Position numbers and translations under genes: made by a program
Origin: Alphaproteobacteria bacterium
Lineage (GTDB): Bacteria > Pseudomonadota > Alphaproteobacteria > CBDDJK01
NCBI GenBank assembly: GCA_965229605.1
Contig: OZ245892.1
Location: forward strand, 72,102-136,101
Direction: 5' to 3'
Length of the DNA stretch: 64,000 nucleotides
The notes under the pieces: model-generated
Seen by the model: the letters and a program-made list of their open reading frames with translations, nothing else
Databases searched by the model: none
Told to the model about the DNA's origin: nothing
In this document: piece by piece, positions 39,488 to 50,067 of the stretch
Layout: each line of letters opens with the position of its first letter
Numbering within the stretch: the first letter of the stretch is position 1

Positions 39488-40876
39488 TTAGGTGCCAACA
39501 ATCATCTGTTCATCGCCATAGGGAAATAGCGTCAGGTCCTCCGCCCCGTCCGGCGTAATAATGACAAGGTCCCCTTCCCGGTAAAGTCCGGCCCCTGGCT
39601 GGTCGGCAGGGACAAGAAGAGTCGGTGAAAAGAAGATCACCATCCCTTCTTCAAGCTGGCCTGGATTGGTTGCTGTCAGACGAAAACGCTTGTCGGGGGC
39701 ATTTTGATCAAAATAATAGGGCGGGTCAATCCCGCCTCCGGCACCCCCAAGCCCGAAGCCGCCACCATAATCGGGCAAGGCAAGATGCTGCATTCCGTGT
39801 TTATCCAGAAAATCATCAAGTTTTTTGACCAGAGTCTTGATCGGGAGTCCGGGCTTCAGCAGCGTCAATCCATAGGCCAGCACATCGCAGGTTGTGCGCC
39901 AGTAAGGCAGGTTTTCGGGCTGCTGCCAGGTGCAAAAAAGGGTGCGGTTGAGCGGGACTTCATAGCCGCCCTGGCGCACGATCACACTTAGCGAGATTAA
40001 ATCTCCGGCCTGAATATCCTGATTGGTGGCAGGGCCGGAGGCTGTGTCACAATCAATCCCTGAAAGCACGCGCACTTGTGATTCGCCGTGTTCAGCAAAG
40101 GGGAAATGGGCGTAAAGTTCCTCAGAAAGTTTGGCTTCTCCGGTCACGCAAAGCTGCTGACCGGTGCAGCCGGGATGAGTGGCCTGCATGATTGTGCGGG
40201 CCACGGTGCGCCCGATCAGGGCAAGTTTGCGCAGGTGGGCTTGTTCCTCGGGGCTTTTGATCAGGGTGAGTGCCGTGACTGGTGCGGTGATATTTGTCCA
40301 TAACATTTGCGGGGCAGGGGGTGTAAACAGGGCTTGCAAACGGGCAAAGTCAGCAAGATTCCATTCTTCCTCTATCAGGCCAAGGTGGACAGGAGACTCT
40401 GCGGGTTTGTCCATGCTGGCGCAAAGATGAGAAATAGCCTGATAAATGGTCTGGATCAGGGCGTGCGGTTCGCTGGTTTTGAACGCCTGTGGCTCGTTGG
40501 TTTTGAACGCCTGTGGCTCGCTGGTTTTGAACGACAGGATATTTCCGGCACTGCGCCGCCAGGGCTGATTTCCCTCGCTTTCAGGAACCAGGAGCAGGCT
40601 GCTGGTTGCGGTTGCCACCAGCGCCATGCGTGGAGAGCCACAAGCTCCCGGATAGCCCGCATAATAGGCAATCAGCGGTTTTGATAAAAAGACAACGGCA
40701 TCAAGCGGCTGGTTCTTTTTGCCTTTCGCAGGTTCGGGCGCGTTCAAGCGTGAGAACAGGGCGGATAATCTGGCAAATACCAGATCGGCTGAAAAGATTT
40801 GCCAGTCCTTTTCACCGTCTCCTGTTGCGTGTGGGCCTATTTCGCGATCAAATATACTTTCGGTCGGATCGGTCAT
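39488..40876 (-). CDS. M24-family (pita-bread fold) peptidase homologue, probably non-catalytic
   Basis: C-terminal half aligns to the Xaa-Pro peptidase/creatinase fold (GDLISLSVIV...GGYEVPLNRT, LEEGMVIFFSP, GLYREGDLVII). The canonical metal ligands appear substituted: GY-VP instead of GY-SD, and no HxxGH motif. It has an in-frame 24-bp x 3 tandem repeat at 40478..40549. Confidence 0.55.
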   Translation of the reverse strand: MTDPTESIFDREIGPHATGDGEKDWQIFSADLVFARLSALFSRLNAPEPAKGKKNQPLDAVVFLSKPLIAYYAGYPGACGSPRMALVATATSSLLLVPESEGNQPWRRSAGNILSFKTSEPQAFKTNEPQAFKTSEPHALIQTIYQAISHLCASMDKPAESPVHLGLIEEEWNLADFARLQALFTPPAPQMLWTNITAPVTALTLIKSPEEQAHLRKLALIGRTVARTIMQATHPGCTGQQLCVTGEAKLSEELYAHFPFAEHGESQVRVLSGIDCDTASGPATNQDIQAGDLISLSVIVRQGGYEVPLNRTLFCTWQQPENLPYWRTTCDVLAYGLTLLKPGLPIKTLVKKLDDFLDKHGMQHLALPDYGGGFGLGGAGGGIDPPYYFDQNAPDKRFRLTATNPGQLEEGMVIFFSPTLLVPADQPGAGLYREGDLVIITPDGAEDLTLFPYGDEQMIVGT

Positions 40877-40877
40877 G

Positions 40878-42212
40878 TTATTTTACGCGTTTATAGAGGC
40901 ATTCTCCGGCACGCACGGTCCGCAAAGCCCGCCCTTGCAGCATCAATCCGCCAAAAGCGGTGTTTTTTGACTTTCCGGTCAGTTCGTCTTCCTTGACGAC
41001 AAAGGCATGATCAAGGTCAATCAGGACAAGGTCGGCGGGTGCGCCGGGGGCAAGCTGTCCGGCTGGCAGACGAAAGCGTCGGGCCGGGTTGCAGGTCACC
41101 AGAGCCAGAGCTTCCAACAGTGAAAGTGCTTCGGACTGATAGAGGTTCAACACCCCGGCGAGCAGGGTTTCAAGCCCGGTCACGCCAAATTCGGCCTGGG
41201 CAAAAGGCAGCCGCTTTGAATCCTGGTCTTGCGGGCTATGATCGCTGACAACCATATCAATCACCCCGTTTTTCAAGGCCTCAACCACGGCCAGCCGGTC
41301 ATTTTCGTGACGCAGAGGCGGCATGACCTTGGCAAAGGTCCGGTAATCAAGAACCGACAGTTCATTAAGCAGGAAATAATGGGGGGCGGTGTCGGCGGTC
41401 ACCTTCAGCCCGCTGGCTTTGGCGGTTGCCAGGGCTTCAATCGCCCCGCTGGTTGAAACAAGGCTGAAATGCAGCCCGCGCCCGTTCGCGGCGATGGCAG
41501 GCCCCATTGAGTCCAAAAGTCGGCAATCACGCTCAATCGCCAAGGTTTCAGCAACGCCGGGGCTTCCTGAAAGACCAAGTCGGGTGGCCAGTTCGCCACT
41601 ATTCATCACCCCGCCCCAGCCAAGTTCAGGCTCAAGGGCTGGCTGCACGATCAAGGCCTCATGCGCGCTACCATAGGATAAAAGGCGGCGCATCAGTTTG
41701 GGGGAGGAAATGGCCCGCTTTGAATCGCCAAAAGCCACCGCCCCGGCTTCGCCTAACAAGCCAATTTCTGTGATTTCTTCGCCTTGCAGCCCACGGGTTG
41801 CGGCGGCGATCACATAAAGGGCGGGGCCCTTGACCGACTGGCGATGCCGCCAGAGCGAGTCAACAATGGTCGGGGAATCGGTCACCGGATCGGTGTCGGG
41901 CAGCTGGATGATAGAGGTAATCCCGCCACTCAGGGCCGCATGGCCAATGCTGGTCACGCCGTCCTTTTGTCCTGCCGTATTGTCCTGTTCAAGGTTCGGG
42001 CAATGAACCCGCGCATCAATCAGGCCGGGGGCCAGGACATGGCCCTGACAATCAACGCGCTGGTCAACCGATGGTGCGCCTTTCTTGAACAGATTGGGTC
42101 CCAGATCAACAATCTGGTCGCCTTCGGTTAAAAGGGCACCCATCTCGTCCAGGCCGCTGGCCGGGTCAACCAGCCGCGCATTTAAATAGGCAATACGATC
42201 CTGTCTTTGCAT
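40878..42212 (-). CDS. pyrC: dihydroorotase-like amidohydrolase (PyrC/PyrC-prime), probably inactive
   Basis: Type I DHOase-length protein immediately downstream of pyrB. It reads DARVH where active enzymes have DxHxH, and DHSPQ where they have DHAPH, suggesting a non-catalytic PyrC-prime-like paralogue. Confidence 0.65.
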   Translation of the reverse strand: MQRQDRIAYLNARLVDPASGLDEMGALLTEGDQIVDLGPNLFKKGAPSVDQRVDCQGHVLAPGLIDARVHCPNLEQDNTAGQKDGVTSIGHAALSGGITSIIQLPDTDPVTDSPTIVDSLWRHRQSVKGPALYVIAAATRGLQGEEITEIGLLGEAGAVAFGDSKRAISSPKLMRRLLSYGSAHEALIVQPALEPELGWGGVMNSGELATRLGLSGSPGVAETLAIERDCRLLDSMGPAIAANGRGLHFSLVSTSGAIEALATAKASGLKVTADTAPHYFLLNELSVLDYRTFAKVMPPLRHENDRLAVVEALKNGVIDMVVSDHSPQDQDSKRLPFAQAEFGVTGLETLLAGVLNLYQSEALSLLEALALVTCNPARRFRLPAGQLAPGAPADLVLIDLDHAFVVKEDELTGKSKNTAFGGLMLQGRALRTVRAGECLYKRVK

Positions 42213-42215
42213 AGA

Positions 42216-43199
42216 TCAGTTCTTCTTTAACGCCTTTTTAGATGATTTTTGACGTTGCGGGCGAGTCAATAAATCCAGCAGCGCCATGCGCACCGCCACC
42301 CCCATCAGCACCTGTTCCAGAATTAGGGAGCGGTCAATATCATCGGCAAGTTCTGAATCAATCTCGATCCCGCGGTTGATCGGGCCGGGGTGCATGACAA
42401 GTGCATCCGGTTTGGCATGTTGAAGTTTTGCCCGGTCAAGCCCGTAATAGCGGAAATATTCACGAATGGAGGGGACATAATTGCCTTGCATCCGTTCAAC
42501 CTGCAAGCGCAGCATCATCACGATATCACAGCCGCGCAAACCTTCGATCATATCATGGGTGCAGGTGACGCCCAGGGCCTCGATCCCCGAAGGCATCAGG
42601 GTTGGCGGGGCAATCAGGCGGACATCTGCCCCCATGGTGCGCAGCAAATGAATGTTGGAGCGTGCGACCCGGCTATGGGCAATATCGCCAGCAATCGCGA
42701 CGGTCAGATCATGCAGCCGTCCAAGTCGTCTGCGAATAGACAAGGCATCCAGCAAGGCCTGGGTCGGATGTTCATGGCTGCCATCGCCAGCATTGATGAC
42801 CGGGGCGGTGACTTTTTCAGCCAGCAGCTGGACGGCCCCGGCATCTGAATGGCGCACGACCAGCGCATCTGGCTGCATGGCATTCAAGGTCATGGCGGTA
42901 TCAATCAGGGTTTCCCCTTTTTTGATGGAGGAGCCATCGGTGGTGATATTGATAACCGATCCGCCAAGCCGCATTCCGGCGGTTTCAAAACTGACGCGGG
43001 TGCGGGTTGAATTTTCAAAAAAGAGGTTGATCACCGTCATGCCCTGCAAGGGAAGAGGCAAGGGTATGTTATGATCGATCATCCGGGCATAGTCATCGGC
43101 CAGATCAAGGATAGTCTTGATTTGATCGGGCTGCATTCCGGCGATTTGCAACAGATTTTGGATGGGCGTTGAATCCTCTTTTATAGAGCCATCACCCAT
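42216..43199 (-). CDS. pyrB: aspartate carbamoyltransferase catalytic subunit
   Basis: STRTR, HPTQ and HPGP motifs. The ORF is open to 43292, but ATCase homology begins near [22 protein letters not shown], so the internal Met at 43199 was chosen. This also removes the overlap with dctM. Confidence 0.8.
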   Translation of the reverse strand: MGDGSIKEDSTPIQNLLQIAGMQPDQIKTILDLADDYARMIDHNIPLPLPLQGMTVINLFFENSTRTRVSFETAGMRLGGSVINITTDGSSIKKGETLIDTAMTLNAMQPDALVVRHSDAGAVQLLAEKVTAPVINAGDGSHEHPTQALLDALSIRRRLGRLHDLTVAIAGDIAHSRVARSNIHLLRTMGADVRLIAPPTLMPSGIEALGVTCTHDMIEGLRGCDIVMMLRLQVERMQGNYVPSIREYFRYYGLDRAKLQHAKPDALVMHPGPINRGIEIDSELADDIDRSLILEQVLMGVAVRMALLDLLTRPQRQKSSKKALKKN

Positions 43200-43249
43200 A
43201 GAGGCATCACTCTGGCCTTTAATTTTTTCGTCTGGAGGAACGGGTGCGC

Positions 43250-45058
43250 TCAATTTGAAAAACTGGTCCCGAACAGAATATTTGGCAGCCATTCGGAGAG
43301 GGCCGGGAAGAAGGCGACGATAAGGATTGTGATGAGTTGCAGTCCGATAAAGGGGAGGACTCCTTTATAGATTTGCATGGTTGTGATGGAGGGGGGGGCG
43401 ACTCCGCGCAGATAGAAGAGTGAAAATCCGAAAGGCGGGGTCAGGAAGGAGGTTTGCAGGTTAAGGGCGATAAGGATACCGAGCCAGAGCGGGCTGATGA
43501 AGTCGTTGGAGAGCAGGACGGGGGCGACCATTGGCACGACGACGAAGGTGATTTCGATAAAATCGAGGAAGAATCCGAGCAGGAACATGACGAGCATGAC
43601 GACGGCGAGGGCGCCCCAGATCCCGCCTGGCAGGCCGGTTAGGGCGGCATGGACCATTTCTTCGCCGCCTAGTCCGCGAAAGACCAGGCTAAAGAGGGCG
43701 GCGCCGATCAGGATGACAAAGACCATGGAGGAGATTTCCATGGTCTGGCGGTTGACTTCTGGCAGAATACCTGTGGCCCAGACCCGGGTGAGGGCGACCA
43801 GAATACCATAGACCAGAACCAGGGTTGCGCCGATAGCCAGCAGAATACCGATCATATCGATGGGGGGGATGGAATCGCGGGTGACGCGTAAATCGAGTAT
43901 TTCGTTGAGCAGCAGCATCACGGCAAGCGACAAGGCGGCCATATAGATTGGTGTTTTCGCGCCCGAGCGGGCTTCGAGTGATAAAAGGCTTATTTTTAAA
44001 AGTCCGGTGCGTGCGGCGACCAGTCCGATGGCAGCCCCGAACAGCAAGCCTGCAATCGCCTGTTCAAACAGCGTTGCGCCCAGAATAGCCCCCAGGAGCA
44101 GCCCGCCCATGGAGGCCCCCATCAGGCGTGAAAGCCGGTCGGTTGCGTTTGAGGGGTCAATTTCTTTATAGGGAAAATTAAGTTCCTTCACCCGAATCCC
44201 GGCCAGAAGAATAGAGCCAATGCCGCCAACGGCTGCGGCTTCGGTGGGGGTGGCGACTCCGGCAAGAATGGAGCCCAGCACGGCAATAATCAGCAGCAGG
44301 GCGGGCAGCAGCGCATGCATGACCTGACTGCCAAGATTGCTGCTTTCGCTTTCATCGATTTCAATCGGCGGGCTTGAGTCGGGTTTGATCAGGGCCACGA
44401 TCATTTGATAGGCGATATAAAGCCCGACCAGAATAAGCCCGGGCAGCAAGGCCCCGGCGAACAGATCGCCGACGGACAGAGGTTCAGGCGACCAGTTTCC
44501 GATTTTTCGCTGGGCATTGATATAGGCATTGGCGAGCTGATCGCCGAGGATGACCAGCACGATGGAGGGCGGGATAATCTGGCCCAAGGTTCCGGCGGCA
44601 CAGATCATCCCGCAGCTCAGGGAAGGGTCATAGCCGCGTTTAAGCATGGTTGGCAGGCTTAAAAGTCCCATGGTGACGACGGTTGCCCCGACGATGCCGG
44701 TTGTTGCGGCGAGCAGCATACCGACAACGGCGACTGAAATGCCGAGTCCGCCGGGCAACCGTCCGAACAATCGGCCCATGGTTTCCAGCAGTTCTTCGGA
44801 GACTTTGGAGCGTTCCATCATCACCCCCATGAAGACGAACAGGGGGACAGCGATCAGGACTTCGTTCCACATGGCGGTTCCGAAGATTCGGTTGGTGAGG
44901 GCATTGACGAATTGCCAGTCGAAGATTCCGGCAGCTTCACCGATCAGGGCAAAGATCAGGGCGGTTCCTGACAGGGTAAAAGCGACGGGGAAGCCCATCA
45001 GCAGCAAGCCGCAGACCGAGGCGAACATCAGCACCACGAGGATTTCGGATAGAATCAT
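43250..45058 (-). CDS. dctM: TRAP transporter large permease (DctM family, extended 602-aa form)
   Basis: A polytopic membrane protein of about 16 helices with DctM-like repeats. It overlaps dctQ by 4 bp. Confidence 0.75.
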   Translation of the reverse strand: MILSEILVVLMFASVCGLLLMGFPVAFTLSGTALIFALIGEAAGIFDWQFVNALTNRIFGTAMWNEVLIAVPLFVFMGVMMERSKVSEELLETMGRLFGRLPGGLGISVAVVGMLLAATTGIVGATVVTMGLLSLPTMLKRGYDPSLSCGMICAAGTLGQIIPPSIVLVILGDQLANAYINAQRKIGNWSPEPLSVGDLFAGALLPGLILVGLYIAYQMIVALIKPDSSPPIEIDESESSNLGSQVMHALLPALLLIIAVLGSILAGVATPTEAAAVGGIGSILLAGIRVKELNFPYKEIDPSNATDRLSRLMGASMGGLLLGAILGATLFEQAIAGLLFGAAIGLVAARTGLLKISLLSLEARSGAKTPIYMAALSLAVMLLLNEILDLRVTRDSIPPIDMIGILLAIGATLVLVYGILVALTRVWATGILPEVNRQTMEISSMVFVILIGAALFSLVFRGLGGEEMVHAALTGLPGGIWGALAVVMLVMFLLGFFLDFIEITFVVVPMVAPVLLSNDFISPLWLGILIALNLQTSFLTPPFGFSLFYLRGVAPPSITTMQIYKGVLPFIGLQLITILIVAFFPALSEWLPNILFGTSFSN

Positions 45059-45576
45059 GAGGTCTCCTCTGGTTCGCGCAGCACCAGGATGGCATTTGCA
45101 GCCATCGCGAGTCCTTGCAGGAACATCAACAGGCCAAAGACCATGATCAGGCTTTTCAGCAGAAATACGGCCTGGATGCCGCTGGTTTCCTTTGATCCTT
45201 CAAAGACCTGCCAGGCATTGGCGACATAGGCAATGCTGCTTTCAAAGATCACGGCAGAGACGGGCAGCAGGAAAATAATGGAGCCGATAAGGTCAACGCG
45301 GGCTTTAGTGCGGGGTTTGGCTTCGCGGTAGAAGACATCGACCCGGACATGCCCGTCGCGCAACAAGGTATAGGCTGCACCGATCATAAACAGCAGGGAA
45401 TGCATATAGATAATTGATTCCTGCATGAAGATAGAGCCGACTCCGAACACATAGCGCATGACGACAACGGTGAACTGGACCAGAATCATGAACAGGGCCA
45501 GCCAGGCGATACTTTGCCCGACCGCCCGGTTAAAGCTGGAAATAAAGCTGGAGCTATGGGCGACCGCTGATTTCAA
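45055..45576 (-). CDS. dctQ: TRAP transporter small permease (DctQ family)
   Basis: 173 aa with four TM helices, immediately upstream of and coupled to dctM. Confidence 0.7.
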   Translation of the reverse strand: MKSAVAHSSSFISSFNRAVGQSIAWLALFMILVQFTVVVMRYVFGVGSIFMQESIIYMHSLLFMIGAAYTLLRDGHVRVDVFYREAKPRTKARVDLIGSIIFLLPVSAVIFESSIAYVANAWQVFEGSKETSGIQAVFLLKSLIMVFGLLMFLQGLAMAANAILVLREPEETS

Positions 45577-45611
45577 TAATCTCTCCTTAATTTGGCTGGA
45601 CCTTAGGTGAT

Positions 45612-47072
45612 GTGAGCTTTTGCGTCAACTTATCTTGCAAGCTGCCTGAAAAGTCTTATGATCGGGTTATGCCTGCAAACGCCCCTAAAGCAAACGCGTC
45701 TCAATCAGACCTTTCTTTAAATACGCAGCCTCTGACTCTGGTTGTGGTGCCGGATATTAAAGCTTCTGTTAACGCCCCGTATATAAATGTCAGGCACATT
45801 AGAGACAGGCGGGCCGAGGCAATAAGACTCTGCGAAAGCATCGCACTGGAGGTGATTGAAACCAGCACCCCGCGCCTTGAGCGAATCCGCCCGGCCAGCT
45901 ATCTTGGCTCCGGGTCGTTAAGCGATCTCCATGATCTGGTTGAAGATAAAGACATCGGGCTTGTTGTCTTTGATTGCAGCTTGACTCCAACCCAGCAGCG
46001 CAACCTTGAACGCGCCCTTGAGTGCAAGGTGATTGACCGCACCGGGCTGATTCTTGAAATTTTTGGGGCGCGGGCGCGCAGCCACGAAGGACGTTTGCAG
46101 GTTGAACTGGCCTCTTTAACCTTTCAACGCTCGCGTCTGGTGCGCAGCTGGACTCACCTTGAACGCCAGCGCGGCGGCTTTGGCTTTACCGGCGGGCCGG
46201 GCGAACGCCAGATTGAAATTGACCGCCGCCTGATTGACCAGCGCATTGGTCGCCTCAACCGCGAACTGGAGCGGGTCAAGCGCACCCGCGCCTTGCACCG
46301 CAAAGCCCGGGCGCGGGTTCCCTATCCGGTGATTGCGCTGGTCGGCTATACCAACGCCGGAAAATCAACACTTTTTAACCAGATGACCGAATCACGGGTT
46401 CTGGCGAAAAATATGCTCTTCTCAACCCTTGACCCCACCATGCGCCGGGTTGATTTGCCCAATGGCCAACCGGTCATTCTGTCCGATACCGTCGGTTTTA
46501 TTTCCGATCTGCCGCACGAGTTGGTCGCCGCTTTCCATGCCACACTGGAAGATGTTGAAGATGCCGATATTATCTTGCATGTGGTGGATGCCGCCGCGCC
46601 GGATCATCGCCTGGAAATGGAGGATGTCCGGCAAGTGCTGGCAACCCTTGACCTTAAAAAGGAAGCCCCGGTTGTGACAGTCTTCAATAAAACCGACCTG
46701 CTACCGCCTGTTGGCGAGCCCGATTCTTTTGATAAAAAAGATTCTTTTGATAAAACAGATTCTTCTGGCAACAGACAATGCCGGGTGTCCGCCTTGACCG
46801 GACAAGGCATGGACCAGCTTCTCGCCATGATTGAAGCGGCCTTGCGCGATTCTCCGGCACAGGGCTTTGTCACCCATCAATATCAACTCAATGTCTTTCA
46901 GGATCGCCACTTCGGAAAGGCCTACGCTTTCTTGCATCAGCACGGCCACCAGCTGCGAGTCATCAAAGATGATCCCGAAAAGGGACAACAGGTCTTTGAA
47001 GTCACCTGGTCCAGGCAGGATGATCGTCGCTATCGCCAGCAATTTGGCCGCACCTCACCAGTTTCAGCCTGA
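45612..47072 (+). CDS. hflX: GTPase HflX
   Basis: HflX N-terminal domain (LVVFDCSLTPTQQRNLERALECKVIDRTGLILEIF), coiled coil, and G domain with GYTNAGKSTLFN and DTVGF. Contains an in-frame 15/18-bp tandem repeat (PDSFDKKDSFDKTDS) at 46717..46760. The true start is possibly the internal Met at about 45669. Confidence 0.85.
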   Translation: MSFCVNLSCKLPEKSYDRVMPANAPKANASQSDLSLNTQPLTLVVVPDIKASVNAPYINVRHIRDRRAEAIRLCESIALEVIETSTPRLERIRPASYLGSGSLSDLHDLVEDKDIGLVVFDCSLTPTQQRNLERALECKVIDRTGLILEIFGARARSHEGRLQVELASLTFQRSRLVRSWTHLERQRGGFGFTGGPGERQIEIDRRLIDQRIGRLNRELERVKRTRALHRKARARVPYPVIALVGYTNAGKSTLFNQMTESRVLAKNMLFSTLDPTMRRVDLPNGQPVILSDTVGFISDLPHELVAAFHATLEDVEDADIILHVVDAAAPDHRLEMEDVRQVLATLDLKKEAPVVTVFNKTDLLPPVGEPDSFDKKDSFDKTDSSGNRQCRVSALTGQGMDQLLAMIEAALRDSPAQGFVTHQYQLNVFQDRHFGKAYAFLHQHGHQLRVIKDDPEKGQQVFEVTWSRQDDRRYRQQFGRTSPVSA

Positions 47073-47098
47073 CTAAAAATAACGAAACAGCAAAAACC

Positions 47099-47731
47099 AT
47101 GAATATATCCCTTATCCTCAGTTTTCTTGGCGGCTATCTGATCGGCTCTATCCCCTGGGGGCTGGTCCTCACCCGGCTGGGTGGACTCGGCGATATCCGC
47201 AAAATCGGCTCCGGAAATATCGGCGCCACCAACGTCTTGCGCACCGGTCATAAATCTATCGCCCTCGCCGTCCTGCTGCTTGACGGACTCAAAGGCGCCG
47301 CCGCCGTATGGGCCGCCGGATATTTTATCGGACGCGAAAACTTCGTCTTTGAACTCTATATCTATAGCGGCAGCCTGCCCGCACTGGCCGCTGGCCTCGG
47401 TGCCGTGCTCGGCCATAACTTCCCGCTCTGGCTGCGCTTTAAAGGCGGGAAAGGAGTCGCAACAACCCTTGGAGTCATCACCGCGCTCAGCTGGCCAACC
47501 GGCCTGGTCTGCGCCCTGGTCTGGCTCGTAACCGCCCTCGTCCTGCGCTATTCATCGCTCGCCGCCCTCGTCAGCCTCAGCCTGTCGCCCGGCGTGATCT
47601 ACCTGTTTGAAGGGGACCGGCGAATGGGCTACCTCGCCGCCCTGCTCGCCCTCATGTCCTGGCTGCGACACCGCGAAAATATCCACCGCCTGCGAACCGG
47701 AACCGAAGGAAAAATCAAACTTAAAAAATAA
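47099..47731 (+). CDS. plsY: glycerol-3-phosphate acyltransferase PlsY
   Basis: GYLIGSIPWGL...GSGNIGATNVLR...HNFPLWLRFKGGKGVAT motifs. Confidence 0.9.
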   Translation: MNISLILSFLGGYLIGSIPWGLVLTRLGGLGDIRKIGSGNIGATNVLRTGHKSIALAVLLLDGLKGAAAVWAAGYFIGRENFVFELYIYSGSLPALAAGLGAVLGHNFPLWLRFKGGKGVATTLGVITALSWPTGLVCALVWLVTALVLRYSSLAALVSLSLSPGVIYLFEGDRRMGYLAALLALMSWLRHRENIHRLRTGTEGKIKLKK

Positions 47732-47909
47732 CCCCGATTCTTCCCGCGCAAATATTCTATATTTGCCGATATTTAACTATGTTACATTTTGTCATATGTC
47801 TTGATTTGATCGACAGTTCTTTTTTTCCTATCTACCCTTGAAAGGCCTAGCCTTCTGGCTACATGATGCAGGTCTCGTAACAAAAAGACGGTAATAATAA
47901 ATTAAAATA

Positions 47910-48992
47910 ATGGAGTATTTGATGTTTGACCGGTTGCATGCAGAGCTCAACAATACCAGCGATTTTATAGCCGGTGATCTTGTTTCTGGTGATCTTGGGA
48001 CTTTACCAATTTCCCCTAATCCGCGAAAGCTGCTCAATATTGAAGCCAGCCTTGAGCGTCTGTCCCCTTCTTCCCAAAATATTGATGATATCCTCTCGGC
48101 AATTTTTCACAGCGACCATCAGGCCACCATCGCCCAACCAGCTACATTGCACGGCAACGGACTGCACACCAACGTGCAGACAGAAGTCATCCTCAATCCG
48201 GCAAAACCCGGAACCGGCATTGTCTTCCGGCGCAGCGATCTCGAAACAGATAACCTGATTCCAGCCCGCTATGACCGCGTGACCTCAACCCATCTTTCAA
48301 CAAAAATCGAAAATGACGCAGGCGTATCTGTCGATACCATCGAACATTTGATGGCTGCCCTCTATGCATTCGGCCTCAGCAATCTGATCATTGATGTCTC
48401 GGGGCCTGAAATTCCGATCCTTGATGGCTCCTCTGCCCCGTTCGTGGAGGCTGTCTTCCGCGCCGGACTGCAACAGCAAGCGGCCTTGCGCGCCCGACTC
48501 TATGTCCGGCGACCGGTTGAAGCCCGCCTGGAAGATGGAAGCTATGCCCGCTTGCTGCCAGCCGATAATCAAGATAATCCTGCCCTGCAGCTTTCAATGG
48601 ATATCGAATATCCAGCCGAAGCGATTGGACAACAGACCTTCTCAACCGTGCTTGGCCCGCAGACTTTTGCCGGGCTGCTGGCTGATTCGCGAACCTTTTG
48701 CCTGCGCAAGGATGTTGAAACCATGCGCGCACACGGTTTGATCAAAGGCGGCAGTTTGAAAAATGCTGTCGTTGTCGATGGGCCCACCGTCCTTAACCCG
48801 GAAGGGCTGCGCCATAAAGACGAATTCGTCCGCCATAAATTACTGGATGCCGTCGGCGACTTGGCACTTACCGAGATGCCGATTATTGGCGCATTTGAAG
48901 GATGGCGCGCCGGACATGGGCTGAATAATCAGCTTTTACGCACCCTGTTCGAAGACCCCGACAATTATCAAATCATCCCCCCCGCAGCTTAG
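47910..48992 (+). CDS. lpxC: UDP-3-O-acyl-N-acetylglucosamine deacetylase, with a roughly 70-aa N-terminal extension
   Basis: Core LpxC alignment begins at ATLHGNGLHTNVQTEVILNPAKPGTGIVFRR and continues through IEHLMAALYAFGLSNLIIDVSGPEIPILDGSSAPF. There is no in-frame ATG between the ORF start and the homology start. Confidence 0.85.
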   Translation: MEYLMFDRLHAELNNTSDFIAGDLVSGDLGTLPISPNPRKLLNIEASLERLSPSSQNIDDILSAIFHSDHQATIAQPATLHGNGLHTNVQTEVILNPAKPGTGIVFRRSDLETDNLIPARYDRVTSTHLSTKIENDAGVSVDTIEHLMAALYAFGLSNLIIDVSGPEIPILDGSSAPFVEAVFRAGLQQQAALRARLYVRRPVEARLEDGSYARLLPADNQDNPALQLSMDIEYPAEAIGQQTFSTVLGPQTFAGLLADSRTFCLRKDVETMRAHGLIKGGSLKNAVVVDGPTVLNPEGLRHKDEFVRHKLLDAVGDLALTEMPIIGAFEGWRAGHGLNNQLLRTLFEDPDNYQIIPPAA

Positions 48993-49029
48993 GGGTCCTG
49001 AGCCTGTTATATAACGCGGGAATTTTCCG

Positions 49030-50067
49030 CTAGAGACTTGAACTGTCCGTGTGGAGTATTCCGTCGGGATTGAAGGCACGAAAGGCAAAGGCAAAAGGCG
49101 TATCGTGGACGACTGGCTGATCGGGATTGTCCTTGCGCACCACCTCAATCGCCGCAATCAAGCGGCCTTGCGCAATATCACTCTGGTCGAGAGCTGAATT
49201 CATCTGTCCTGCCGTGCGGATGATAAATTCATCTGTCTCAATCTCTCCGACGGTTTCAAGCAGCGGGAAAGACCAGGCTTCGCCCTCAATCGCCACCACC
49301 CGTGCCATGGGCGAAATTCCTTCGGCTCCTTCATCAAAATGCCCGGCAAATAAAAACGGGCGGGCACTGGTGTCATAGCCGCCATAGGGATTGCGCCCGT
49401 AAGGCCGCAAGAAATTCATCGGCTCCGACAAGATTTCTCCCTCAGGATAGCGGGCTTTGAACAGTTCAAAGGGCAGGGTGGTGCTTGGCAGCATCGTCAG
49501 CCGGGTTCCGGCATAATGCCCGACAATGGCCTCCCCGCTATATTGCTGCCACCAACTTTCACTGGTGCGGTCATACATGACCAGGTCGGAATTGCGCAAA
49601 AGCCCGGTTGTGCCGAACATCAGTTCCTTGCCGTCAATGCGGCGGTCAAAAACCAGGGCCGAATTACACAGCGGGCAAAAAGTGATGGCAACAGGAACCT
49701 CGTCAAACTGGTCATTGACGATTTCATGATACATCAGATAGCGGATGGGATAAGCCCGGGCCTTGCCGTCAATTTTGACCGCAATAACCGGCTCCCGGTC
49801 ACTCAGGCCGGGATCAGAATCGGCAATCGGGGTAAATTGTGGGCGATCAATCGACGGAATACCGTCTTTGGGCGGGCCGCCTGATTGAATTTCCGAAAGA
49901 TCAACCAGCGTCTGTGAAAAGTCGGTATCCGGCCAGGCCGCTTTGAAATGTTGGGCTGAAGCCGAAGATATTGCCAGCCCGGTGAAAAGCACAAAGCCTG
50001 TCACAGCCGTGAAAACACGCCCCCACCATTCATTATATTTGGCTTTATAGTTGGGTTGATGTGCCAT
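49030..50067 (-). CDS. DUF3179 domain-containing protein
   Basis: N-terminal TM or signal segment, then the conserved DUF3179 core including FCPLCNSALVFDRR. Confidence 0.65.
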   Translation of the reverse strand: MAHQPNYKAKYNEWWGRVFTAVTGFVLFTGLAISSASAQHFKAAWPDTDFSQTLVDLSEIQSGGPPKDGIPSIDRPQFTPIADSDPGLSDREPVIAVKIDGKARAYPIRYLMYHEIVNDQFDEVPVAITFCPLCNSALVFDRRIDGKELMFGTTGLLRNSDLVMYDRTSESWWQQYSGEAIVGHYAGTRLTMLPSTTLPFELFKARYPEGEILSEPMNFLRPYGRNPYGGYDTSARPFLFAGHFDEGAEGISPMARVVAIEGEAWSFPLLETVGEIETDEFIIRTAGQMNSALDQSDIAQGRLIAAIEVVRKDNPDQPVVHDTPFAFAFRAFNPDGILHTDSSSL

